From Scyliorhinus canicula (Eukaryota): a stretch of 64,000 nucleotides of DNA. The stretch lies in the NCBI RefSeq assembly GCF_902713615.1, contig NC_052158.1, positions 38,555,729-38,619,728 of the forward strand, read 5' to 3'. The translations under genes were made by a program, and so were the position numbers. Each line of letters opens with the position of its first letter. The first letter of the stretch is position 1. This document shows, piece by piece, positions 13,021 to 24,638 of this stretch. A model generated the notes under the pieces. The model had not been told where the DNA came from and did no database searches. It saw only the letters and a list, made by a program, of their open reading frames with translations.

Positions 13021-14299
13021 AAAGGAAAAACAAAAATGATCACAAACTGTGCTTATGCAGGAAGGAAGGTGGCTGCTGGGATATTGGGCATTTCCCGCCT
13101 TCCAGGCTGCCCTGGAGCAGATCATCATTCACGGCCATTGTCGCCCTGACCTCCATCCTTTTCTAATTTTATCTCACCCGGTCAGTGCTGGAAGTCTCTC
13201 TTCCATTTTTCTACAGCTGAACACAGCTAACAGTCTTGCAAATTCTGCTTTCATTCTACTTCTAACTATCAAATGGTCCAAACCTCTGCAAATATCTCTG
13301 TATTTTAGCCTGCCTGAAATCTCTTGGTTTCAGAACCTCTTCTGATTTCAGGGGATCTAACTGTGGCTACTTGCAAATATCATAAAAGGAGTGCCTCTCT
13401 CAGCTCTGTGTTTTTGGCTGTCTCTCCTCTCTGTGGGGAAAAGTAACATCTGTGCCTGTTTAATTTGTCTCTGTCCCTGGAGGATAGAAAGCATTGTGTC
13501 TGAAAGAGCATCTTTCTGGACAAATGAGCTTTCCCCGTTATAGCAATCATTTTTTTTTAACTCTCCCCAATCTTGAGCGGAATTAACCACCAATGCATTA
13601 ATAAATGAAAGGATCTGCTCCTTAGCCCTTGAGTATCACTGCAGAGCAGTGAAAATTTACACAAACCACTGCAGAGATACCAGCTCGCCATAACCTGATC
13701 CTTCAAAACTGAACATCTATTCAACCGGAGGCAACAATTAACAAGCACCATGTGTTATAGAGTGAGGGATAAGAACAAATCAGGCACCGATTAATTTGTG
13801 AATCGATGCTGAATACATTGTAAAGAACAGTTGGACAGATTGGAGCTTCTTTATTGTTGATCCTCAGAGGCTTACAGTATTCAGTCAGGGCACATGGCAA
13901 ATGACAGTTATATCGCTGAGGGAGGCAGCATTAGATGTGAACAGACTCAGGGGTTTCAGTGTAACAGGAGGGAAAGGTTGGAGAGACCTTTTCATTGAAA
14001 TCATATAGCAATGATAAGGGCCAATCAGTCCATGGTGTTCAGGGAGGGCCTTTTGAAAATACTCTGCAATTAGTCCCACATCCCTCCAACGTTCTCCTTT
14101 TCAGATATATATCCAAATTCCTTTCAAAAGTACCAATTGAATCTGTTTCCGTCACCCTTTTAGACCGCACATTCCAGATTCTAACAATTCGCTGTGCAAA
14201 ATAAGAAGTTCCTCATCTCTCCTGGTTCTTTTCCTAAATATCTTAAACCTTGGTGTTCTGATCACCAACCCTTATTTACTCAATTAAAACCTCACAAAC

Positions 14300-14450
14300 G
14301 ATCCACCCTCACATAGATCTCTTCATTCACCTGAGGAAGGAACAGTGCTCCGAAAGCTCATGTTTGAAACAAACCTGGTGGACTATAACCTGGTGTTGTA
14401 AGACTTCTTATTGTGCTCACCCCAGTCCACGCCGGCATCTCCACATCAAT
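14300..14450 (+). mobile_element. Penelope-like element terminal (pseudo-LTR) fragment
   Basis: Homologous to the 46901-47166 arms: ATTCACCTGAGGAAGG..CCGAAAGCTC..GTTGTAAGACTTCTTA..CTCCACATCA. Confidence 0.65.
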
Positions 14451-14459
14451 ATTCCAGCT

Positions 14460-14910
14460 GCAACAGCAGGTCAAAGGTTAGAAATCCTGTAGTGAGTAAC
14501 TCACCTCCTGACTCCCCAAAGCCTGTCTGCTACCTACAAGTTAGGAGTGTGATAGAATATTCCCCACTTATCTGGGGACAACACTCCAACAATACTCAAG
14601 AAGCATCCCTGCTTGATTGTCATCCCTTACACAAATTTCACCAAGGTTCCTTAGGCAGCACCTTCCAAACTCATGACCACTACCATCCCGAAGGAAAGAG
14701 CAACAGATACCCACCACCTGGAAGCTCCCCTCTAAGCCACTCACCATGCTGACCTGGAGGTATGGGACAAAACCCTGGAACTCACTCGCTAACAGCAGTG
14801 TGGATGTACCTCGACCACATGGACTGCAGCGGCTCAAGAAGGCAGCTGGACACCACGCAAGGGCAATTAGCGAAGGGCAATAAATGCTGGCCTAGCCAGC
14901 AGTGCCCATA
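14460..14910 (+). mobile_element. Old CR1/L2-group LINE 3' end (tail shared with the Deu-SINEs)
   Basis: Degraded RT C-terminus ending AAGGGCAATTAGCGAAGGGCAATAAATGCTGGCC, matching the Deu-SINE tail at 56458. Confidence 0.6.
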
Positions 14911-14937
14911 TTACATGGACAATAAAAAAAACAATTT

Positions 14938-16360
14938 GGGTGCGATTCTCCGGCCTCCTTGTGCTCTCGCTCAAGGGAAACAAGGCCAGTGAATAGCAGT
15001 AGAGGCCTAAAATGAGAACCACGCCAGGCGGCAAACAGTTTGTGGTGCAAGCGCCCCGCTCCCCCAGGAATAATCAGGATCTCGCCGTAGCGTGGCGAGA
15101 AACCAATTATCACCACTTAAGCCCTAATTCCATACAATTAATGAGAATCACCCCATATCTAACAGTCTCCCATGATTCATCGGCCACCCCAACAAGTGGT
15201 CACACTGGTGCCGATTAGTGCTCCTTTTGAAAAATGTGAACCTGGCGGAAGGGCTTCTGTGTGGAGCTGAGGAGGTGAGTAGCTCACAGGCAAAGAGCCC
15301 GGGGGCACTGGACTTGCCACCCCAGTGCTCAACAGGAGTGGCGGGGGGGGGGGGGGGGGCATGACTGGGGGTGGCGGAACCCCAGCTGGTTGTGGGGCCC
15401 TGCCACAGAGGTGGGCCGCCATGGGAGGGCAGGGTTCAAGCGCTGGGGGGGAGGGGGGTGCAACCGCGCACAGCACCACCATGCCAAACCCTGAATCATG
15501 TTTACCTGTTCCAGGGGGCAACCTTTGCCCCTGCCCGTCCGCCCCACTGCGCACCCATAACCCCCACCAGCTGCTGAGGCTTCGGGCCATGTGGCTGAAG
15601 GCGAATGCTAATAGGGAATTGGCAATCATGATTAAGTGAGCACTTCACACAACCCAAATGGATTCCTGTGGGTGGCGTGCTATGTAGCATGTGGGAGTCA
15701 TTGCCTAGCATCCCAATCACATCTTGATGCATGAACACTGTGGGAGACACCACACACACAACAGCCAACATCCGAACACCCAGGTGATGGGACACAGCTC
15801 CGGGGACAAGTCCACAGCCGGAGGGTAGATGAGTGCCACCGGGAGGGGGGATGGCTGAAGACAGGACCAAGGGTTCGGAAGTCGGCCCGCATTGCAGACA
15901 AAAGTGACAGAGGCATCAGACTGGTTGTGCATAAGCGTGTTTGTTGTGTATAATAATTCCCCACCTCTGCGGCATCCACCAGCCTCCGCGTTGATAACCG
16001 CTCTGTCCTCGGGTACCCCAGTCACCTCCAGGGCGCGCTCCTCGAACATGATGAGGATTCTTATAACCGGCACCCCAATGCCAGTCTGGGCCTTCTCCCA
16101 CCGATTGTGGGAGAGCTTTTTCTGAGGAAACACAGAGAGCGCATCGTTTGCCCCATGCGTGGTTCACAGTGGTGGGAGGTGGGTGTGTGAAGGAAGGGTT
16201 GAGGGGATTGAAGGGAGAGGGGGGTGGAGGGAGGGTTGGGGGTTGCATGGAAAGTTAGGGGGTGGATGCTCGCATGGGGGTGGAAAGGTCTCGGCGGAGG
16301 GGGAGGGTTGTGGGGGTGGGTGTTGGTGTCTACTCACTCGTGCTGCCCGGTGTAGATTGT
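14938..16360 (-). mobile_element. Deleted Harbinger-like DNA transposon with a spliced Myb/SANT-like gene relic
   Basis: TIR-like GGGTGCGATTCTCCG at 14938. Minus-strand exons NLHRAAR (16360-16338)|GTGAGT..CCTCAG|KKLSHNRWEKAQTG..FEERALEVTG (16121-15965) join in phase 0. Confidence 0.6.
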
Positions 16361-16431
16361 ATTTTTAAAAATAAATTTAGAGTACCCAATTATTTTTTCC
16401 AATTAAGGGGCAATTTAGCATTGCCAATCCA

Positions 16432-16657
16432 GGGCAGCACGGTGGCCTAGTGGTTAGCACAACCGCCTCACGGCGCTGAGGTCCCAGGTTCGATCCCGGC
16501 TCTGGGTCACTGTCCGTGTGGAGTTTGCACATTCTCCCTGTGTCTGCGTGGGTTTCGCCCCCACAACCCAAAAATGTGCAGAGTAGGTGGATTGGCCACG
16601 CTAAATTGCCCCTTAATTGGAAAAATAATTGGGTAATCTAAATTTATAAAAAAAAAA
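16432..16657 (+). mobile_element. Poly(A)-type V-SINE (young), abutting an inverted tail of another copy at 16361-16430
   Basis: Full head GGGCAGCACGGTGGCCTAGTGG through poly(A); nearly identical to the copy at 31459. Confidence 0.85.
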
Positions 16658-17643
16658 GATCTGTACAATATCTGAAACCTAAGGCGCTGGTTGCCAGAGG
16701 AGCAATAAAGGCCACTGTACTCAAGACAATATGTAACAGAAGACCCAATTCATAGAATCAGAGAAGATTTGAGGCAAAAGAGTGCCATTCAGCCCATTAT
16801 GTCTGCCTGTCAACGAAGAATTCTCGGCCGAACCCGCCTTCCTGCCCTCGTTCCTACAGGTCATTGTTCTTCAAATAGGCGCCCAAGCGCTCTTCAGAAG
16901 TGATGACAGTTTATGCCTCTACCACCCTTTCAGGCAGTGTGCGGGCCTTACGTTTCATCCAAAGAAAATCAGTTTCTTCCCTCTAACCCTTCCACCAATT
17001 ATTTACAATCTATGTCCCTTGGTTTTCGACTTCTCCAGTTTACTGTATCCATGCCCCTCATAGCTTTGTACACCTCAATTAAATAGCCTCAAAAACTCAG
17101 GGTTTCCGATGACCCAGGTTACCCATATCAACACTGCGGTGCTGCGCTGTGTTGCTATGGTGATCGTTTGCCCCCAATTATCCAAGCAGGCTCCGTCCAA
17201 CGAAGCTGAACAGAGTCTGTGGCACACCCCACAGCAGCAGCAACTCCATTAATCCCTTTGAGTTGGGCCCAGCTGTCCAGGTTTAATTTTCCATTGGTAA
17301 AGCGAAAGCTATCTTTCTAAACAAGAGTCAGAATGGACTCGGAACTTTGGGCAGAATCTTAGGGGCCAGTCACGGGCGGGGCTGGGACTGTAAAATGCGG
17401 TGAGCTGTTCAACAGTCCATTGAACTTTGGCTGAACTGGAAAATCCCGCCAGCGGGAAGGCCATGACATTCCTCCTGTTAACTCTGTTTCTCCCTCCACA
17501 GATACTGCCAGACTTGCTGAGATTTTCCCGGCACTTTTTGTTTGTGTATTGAAAGCATTTTCTTCCAGGTTCTCCTGCATCAGTTGCAGGAAAGACCTTG
17601 ATGGTACATTCAAGAGATTGCCCGCAGAGTGCCAGCCTGTCAC

Positions 17644-18045
17644 TGATGTGTTAGCCAGGTTGGGACGACGTGGACTGCACTTGATGCAGTGTAGCGAGAG
17701 ACAGACCTCTAACACCGGAGAAGATCCAACACAATTTTATTTAACGTCTTAACTAATGTACATGTTCAACTGTGGGTTGACACTATACTGAATTGACTGG
17801 AGACCTAGTACTAGCCTGACCAGACTTTCAAGCTACCGCATGGTGTTTGCACTGGCTAGCTCATGGACTCTGACTGCCTCAGTGGCTGGGTTCAGAGAGA
17901 GCGGGAAACCTAGCGCCCCCTGGCTTTATAGTGGTAGTGTCCTGTCTGGTGATTGGCTGCTGTGTTCTGTGTGCTTACTGGTCATCCTGTGTGTCAATCA
18001 CTGCCTGTCTGCACTCCATTATCTACATAGATGTATATTATGACA
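17644..18045 (-). mobile_element. Solo LTR (402 bp)
   Basis: TG..CA termini; 5-bp TSD GTCAC (17639-17643, 18046-18050). On the minus strand, CCAAT (17956-17952), TATAAA (17930-17925) and AATAAA (17741-17736) occur in LTR order. Confidence 0.85.
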
Positions 18046-18427
18046 GTCACCACCCACAACAGCTGCCTTGCAACCACTCAGAGGCAGGCTGCTGAGTTTA
18101 TACAATCTCTGCTCACATAGGAGCCACCCAGAGCAGTGAAACTTGTCCATTCAGGACTGACCACCGCCTCAACCCACCAGATTCCCACCCATGAACCTGA
18201 GCTGAATTCAGCTACAGCGGTGACGCACCAATTTCCCGAGCACTAAAGCTCTGAAATTTTCACCCTGTTTCTCATGAACAGAAGCAGATTTAATTTGTTT
18301 CTGCATGAATACAAGCATTCTTACATGACAACTAATGAATCTTTCCATGTGGCTGAATCTCTCCTGGATACAATTAGTTCATTCAAACCAAACCCTAAAG
18401 ATTTGAGTCCAGACAAGCAAAATCCAT

Positions 18428-18715
18428 GGCATGGTGACGTAGTGGTTAGCACTGCTGCCTCACAACGTCAGAGACCCAGGTTCGATTCCAACATTGGGTG
18501 ACTGTTGTGTAGAGTCCATGTCTGCGTGGGTTTCCTCCTGGTGCTCCGATTTCCTTCTGCAGTCAAAAGATGTGCAGGTTAGGTAGATTAGCCATGGAAT
18601 TTGCCCCTACGTGGGGTTATGGGGATAGGGCGGAGATTTTGACCCAGGGAGCGTGCACTTTCAATAGGTCAATGTAGACTCAATGGGCCGAATGGTTCCT
18701 CTGCACTGTAGAGAT
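18428..18715 (+). mobile_element. V-SINE with CR1-type tail (older)
   Basis: tRNA head, V-domain and AATGGGCCGAATGG tail. Confidence 0.7.
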
Positions 18716-18718
18716 TCT

Positions 18719-19460
18719 GGGCAGGATTCTCCCTTTTGGTGACTAAATCCCCATGCCCGCCGGAAAATGGGCGAGAATCTCTCCGGACTTCCTCGAAAAT
18801 CCGGTGTGATTCTCCATTTTCCAGGGGGCTAGCAGGGCACCGGCGTGCGTCCAACAGTTCTGGCTACCGGCAGGGCCCTGCTGTCCAGACCGTGCGGCTG
18901 CGCATGCGCATGGCGGCTGCAAGTGGGTCCGCGCATCTGTGAGGCGGCACACTTTGGTGCGGCTGCCGCCGACACGGCGGACCCACATAGCGGTCCGGCG
19001 CAGTATAAGGTAGGTCCCCCCAAATCGCGATGGCCCGCCGATCGGTGGCCCCTGATCACGGGCCTGGCCATCGCTGAGGCCCCCCCCCCAGAGCCAGATT
19101 CCCCCCTCCCCATCAGGACCGCCACCACGGGGCAGCACGGTGGCGCAGTGGGTTAACCCTGCAGCCTCACGGCGCTGAGGTCCCAGGTTCGATCCCGGCT
19201 CTGGGTCACTGTCTGTGTGTAGTTTGCACATTCTCCCCGTGTTTGCGTGGGTTTCGCCCCCACAATCCAAAGATGTGCACAGTAGGTTGATTGGCCACAC
19301 TAAATTGCCCCTTAATTGGAAAAAATTAATTGGGTACACTAAATTATTAAAAAAAAAAGGACCGCCACCACAGCCGCGGGTCCGAGCTCCCAACGGGTGG
19401 TACCAGACGTAAACCACACCAGCGGGAGTTTGGCCGGTCGACCGCGGAGAATCTCCGTGG
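18719..19460. mobile_element. GC-rich non-autonomous TIR element (Harbinger-type), containing a SINE
   Basis: GGGCAGGATTCTCC left end, degenerate GGAGAATC right end, CpG-rich body. Confidence 0.6.
19129..19357 (+). mobile_element. Poly(A)-type V-SINE with 14-bp TSD
   Basis: TSD AGGACCGCCACCAC at 19115-19128 and 19358-19371. Confidence 0.9.
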
Positions 19461-20044
19461 GGGCCTCTTTCAGTGGCTCCTCTGAGCAGCCAGCCAATGA
19501 CCCGCGCCAATGCATTCCAATCAATGGAGTGCGACAACAGCCGAGATTTCCTGGGCCCACTGTGGCATGTCACACTACAGTAGATTCACTGGGCGGGGTG
19601 TCCCCCACTCTACCCTGCCCCCCTTCCCCTCCCACCGCCCCGGACAGAGGAGGTGGCCCACTGTTGGCCAGCGGTGGAATTTCTTGGTCCCGTCATGGAA
19701 TTTCCCATTGAATACACCACTCCCCACCTCCCCCAACAGGAAACGTGCAGCGCAGGTTCACCCGCGTCCAGAAGATCCAGTCAACGCAAACCACTGGAAA
19801 ATTCTGACCATTGACTTATGGCGGAACCAGGTGATCCCTGCAGTGGCAGGTTGGGTCGGCTTGGTTAATCAAGCCCAAAACAGCTGTTAATCCATTCAAT
19901 TGAAAAAAAGCCTTTGTTCTGGAGCTAACTAGAGAATCTAATAAAGAGTCATTCAAAATGATTAAGAGACTCTTTTTCAATGATTTCATGGGATGTGTGT
20001 TACTAGTAAGGCCGACATTTGTTGTTCATCCTAGGTTGTCTTGT

Positions 20045-20315
20045 GAGGAAACATTGGACACATTGAGCTTGTCTCCACTAGAGTGTAGAAGAGTGAGGGG
20101 TGACTTGATTGAGGTATATAAGATCCTGAACGGTCTCGACAAGGTGGTTGTGGAAAGGATGTTTCCTCTTGTGGATAAGCCAGAATTAACGGACACTAAT
20201 TTAAAATTAGGGGCCGCCCTTTTAGAACATTGATGAGGAGAAGTATTTTCTTTCAGAGGGTTTTGGGTCATTGGAACTCTCTGTCTCAGAAGGCAGTGGA
20301 GGGAGGGGTCATTGA
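20045..20315 (+). mobile_element. CR1 LINE 3' fragment
   Basis: LSLSPLECRRVRGDLIEVYKILNG motif. Confidence 0.7.
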
Positions 20316-20409
20316 ATACATTTTTTTGTAATTTAGAGTATCCAATTATTTTTTTTTTCAATTTAGCGTGGCCAATCCACCTAACCTGCACATATTTGGG
20401 TTGGGGGGG

Positions 20410-23400
20410 TGATGTGACCATCAAATCACTCGAGACACAATAGGAAGTAAACTGTGGCTTTAATAGACTTACAACTGAGCCTGCCTGCGACCAGAAGAAC
20501 TGAGGGCAGACTCACAAGGCTGCAGCACTTTATACTTCTGGTAGTTGGAGGGGCCATGGGCGGAGCCGAGGGTGGGGCCCTGTACAAGCTCCTCATCTCC
20601 ACCTGTGGGCAGAGCCGCGCAACGGCTCACAGACAGAGCCCACAAGGACTTAATGCTATACAGTGTGAACACAATACTATACAGTGTGAATTACATGATG
20701 TACTTTCACCACATTCACCCCCTGATATATGATGTCATAATTATAGGTGGAGAGTTCGATCCTCCACCTCAAGGTTTTATCGTTTTTTATTTTGCCCATT
20801 TGCGAGTTGTCGAATATGAAGGCAACCGATCTCTGGTCGGTGATGAGGGTGAACCTCCTACCTGCGAGGTAGTGCCTCCAGTGCCATACGGCTTCCACAA
20901 TGGCTTGGGCTTCTTTTTCGACTGAGGAGTGTCGAAGTTCTGAAGCGGAGAGGTTTCAGGAGAAGAAAGCTACTGGTCTCCCTGCCTGGTTCAGAGTGGC
21001 GGCGAGAGCGGCCTCTGAGGCATCGCTCTCCACCTGGAAGGGGACGGATTCATCCACCGCCCGCATGGCGGCTTTGGCGATGTCCTCCTTGATGCAGTTG
21101 AAGGTCTGGCGGGCCTCTGCTGACAGTCGGAAGAGTGTGGTCTTAAATAGTGGGCGGGCCTTGTCCGCATACTGGGGGACCCACTGGGCGTAATAAGAGA
21201 AGAATACCAGGCACCTTATGAGGGCCCTGGGACAATGAGGGAGAGGGAGTTGTAAGAGTATATGGTCCGGGTCAGGGCCTAGGGCTCCGTTTTCCACGAC
21301 ATAGCCGAGGATGGCTAGCCTGGTCGTGCGGAAAACGCATTTCTCCTTATTGTAGGGGAGATTGAGTTTTTGGGCGGTTTGGAGAAATCGATGGAGGTTG
21401 GCATCGTGGTCCTGCTGGTCATAGCCGCAGATGGTGACGTTATCCAGGTACAGAAATGTGGCCCGCAGCCCGTACTGGTCCACCATTCAGTCCATTGCTC
21501 GTTGGAACACCGAGACCCCATTCGTGATGCCAAAGGGGACCCGGAGGAAATGGAAGAGGCGGCCATCTGCCTCAAATGCCGTGTAGTGGCGGTCCTCCGG
21601 GCGGATTGGGAGCTGGTGGTATGCAGACTTCAGATCCACCGTGGAGAATATGCGGTACTGGGCAATCTGGTTGACCATGTCTGCAATTCTGGGGAGGGGG
21701 TACGCACCGAGGTGCGTGAACCGCTTAATGGTTTGGTTGTAATCAACCACCATCCGGAACTTTTCCCCGGTCTTGATGACCACCACCTGAGCTCTCCAGG
21801 GGCTATTACTGGCCTCTATGACTCCCTCACATAGGAGCCGCTGGACTTCGGCTCAAATGAATACCCTGTCCTGCAGGCTATACCGCCTGCTGCGAGGGAC
21901 TACGGGTTTACAGTTAGCCGTTAGGTTAGCGAAGAGTGGAGGGGGTCGATTTTTAGAGTCGCTAAGCTGCATATAGTGAGAGGAGCTAGGTGTCCGCTAA
22001 AGCTGAGTGTGAGGCTTCTAAGATTATACTGAAAATCGAGCCCGAGTAAGAGTGGGGCGCAGAGGTCTGGGAGTACGTACAGCTGAAAATTAGAGTAGCT
22101 GGTGCCCTGAATCGCTAGGGTCGCAATGGTGCGCCCTTGTATTTGGACCGAATGTGAGCCCGAGGCGAGGGTCATAGTTTGCCGTGCAGGGAAGATAGGG
22201 AGCGAACAGCGTCTTACCAGGTCTGGATGCACGAAGCTCTCGGTGCTCCCGGAGTCGAAGAGGCACGGTGTCTTGTATCCGTTGACTTGAACGGACATCA
22301 TCGAGCTCTTGAGGTGCTTCGGACGCAACTGGTCCAAAGTGACTGCATTGAGTTGTGGGTAGTCGGTGGCTCGATCAGCAGTGCTGGAGTGGCCTCGTGA
22401 TGATGAGGTCGTCATCCGGAGGTCGTAGTCGTCGAGGTGAACTTCGGGTGATGGTCAAAATGGCGGCCCCCATTGATCGCACGTGGCGGGCGATGAAGAA
22501 GATGGCGTCCAAGATGGCCGCCTCCGTGGATCGCATGTGGTAGGCGGCGAGGAAGATAACGCCCAAGATGGCAGCCCCCATGACTCGCACATGGCCGGCC
22601 GCGTGCGGGAGTATTGCCAAGATGGCGGCCTCCATGAGCCGCACATGTCAGGCGGAGGCAGAGTCGGCAGACACGCTGCAACATTACGGGGTCTGTGGGC
22701 CTGCGAGTTGGGGGAGCGATTGCTCTGGACTGCGGGGGAGTTAGAGGGTTTCAATTTCGACAGGCATACTTTAGCATAATGTCCTATTCGACCGCAGCTG
22801 CTGCAGGTCGCGTTGCGGGCCGGGCAGTGCTGCCGTGGGTGTTGGGGCTGACTACAAAAATGGCACGCTGGCGCTCCATAATGGGTGGGTGGCCGTGCGG
22901 CGCAGGCCTGGGGCAGTCGCTGGTTGGGGGTCCACGATGTGGTCGCATGGTCTGCGGGGAATGAGTTAAGACTTTGAAACGCAACTTCCATTGATGTTGC
23001 TAGCGCTACCGTGTCCTCAAAGTTCTGGGGCCCTTTTTCAAGGAGTCGCTGGCGCACATAATTAGACCGGCCCCTGCAACGTACACATCACGGACAGCGA
23101 GTTCCATATGTTGGGAGGCAGTTACAGCCTGAAAGTTACATTCCCGAGCAAGGGCTTTTAAATCGCGCAGGTAGTCCTCTAGCGACTCTGCGGGGAGCTG
23201 GCGGCGGTTAGCGAAAATATGCCGCGGGTAGACTTTGTTTACCGGCCGCATGTATAATCGGTCGAGCATAGCGAGGGCCTTGGTGTACGAGTCGGTATTG
23301 TTGAATTGTGTAGAGATGTGATGGCTCACCCATGCGTGCAGTAGGCTGAGTTTCTGCTCATCTGTAGTAGTGGAGGTGGTCGACGCAGCCAGGTAGACCT

Positions 23401-23798
23401 TGAAACACCGAAGCCAGAGTAGAAAGATTTCCTTCGCCTCTGCAGCCAGCGGGTTGAGTTCTCGTCGATCAGGTTTGAGGGCTGATTCCATCGTGGTTTC
23501 CTTAAGTCTATTAAATTGATGTAACCATCAATTCACTCGAGACACGATAGGAAGTAAACTGTGGCTTTAATAGACTTACGACTGAGCCTGCCTGTGACCA
23601 GAAGAACTGAGGGCAGACTCACAAGGCTGCAGCACATTATACTTACGGTAGTGGGAGGGGCCATGGGTGGAGCCGAGGGTGGAGCCTGTACAAGCTCCTC
23701 ATCTCCCCCTATGGGCAGAGCCACGCAACGGCTCACAGGCAGAGCCCACAAGGACACAATACTATACAGTGTGAATTACATGATGTACATTCACCACA
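20410..23798 (-). mobile_element. Ty3/Gypsy LTR retrotransposon (gag-PR-RT-RH, integrase absent), frameshifted
   Basis: LTRs at 23517-23798 and 20410-20713 (TG..CA; ~16 substitutions plus two indels counted by eye); G-run TSD. Gag ATG at 23491 with two CCHC knuckles; protease LFDSGS; RT DLKSAYHQ..PFG..YLDN; RNaseH VESDASE..ITDQRS..RWRIEL. Confidence 0.92.
22456..22660. repeat. 54-bp in-frame tandem repeat (x4) between gag and protease
   Basis: CAA(G/A)ATGGC(G/C/A)GCC at 22456, 22510, 22564 and 22618. Confidence 0.8.
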
Positions 23799-24638
23799 GG
23801 GGGTGAAACCCACGCAGACATAGGGAGAATGTGCAAACTCCACACGGTTTGATTCTGGGTGATCCTGGGCCGGGATTCGAACCCGGGTTGTCAGCGCCGC
23901 AGTCCCAGTGCTAACCACTGCGCCACATGCTGCCGTCATTGAATATTTTTAAGGCCACTGACCAGCCCTTCTGACCATCCCATCTATATCCTCCTGTAAT
24001 CTCAGTCTATCCTCACAATTTACCACCCCACCAATTTGCATATCATTCGCGAACTTGCTAATCAAACCTCTTATACTCATGTCTAAATCACTTATATAAA
24101 CCACAAACAGCAAGGGCCCCAACACTGATCTTTGCGGGACCCAACTGGACACAGGCTTCCAGTTGGAAAAACACCCTCGACCTTAACCCTCTGCTTTCTG
24201 CCACTCAGCCAATTCTGGATCCAATTTGCCAAATTTCCTTGGATCCCATGGACTCTGGCCTTCGTCATCAGTCTGTCGTGTGGGACTTTGTCAAAAGCCT
24301 TACTGAAATCCAAGAAGATTACACGAAATTAATTTCCCTCATCTACTCACTGGGTCACATCTTCAAAAACTTCAATCAAGTTGGTCAGACATGACCCCTC
24401 CCCACCCCTTAACAAAACCATGCTGATGTTCTTGATTAATCCCTGCCTCTCCAAATGCAGATTCATTCTGTCTCTCAGAATTGCTTCCAATAGTTTCCCC
24501 ACCACTGAGGTCAGATTAACTGACCTGTAGTTTCCTGATTTATCCCTTCCTCTCTTTTTGAATAATGGTACCACATTGGCTACCCTCCAGTCCTCTGGCA
24601 CCTCTCCTGTGGCCAGAGAGGAATTGAAAATTATGGGC

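Larger units (their letters stand above)
20322..23937 (-). mobile_element. Poly(A)-type V-SINE split by the Gypsy element (parts 20322-20409 and 23799-23937)
   Basis: The consensus ..TTTGGGTTGTGGGGG|TGAAACCCACGCAGAC.. continues across the insertion. Confidence 0.8.

Noticed and set aside
17151-17164. RFX X-box-like GTTGCTATGGTGAT
   Set aside because: A single imperfect motif with no associated gene start.
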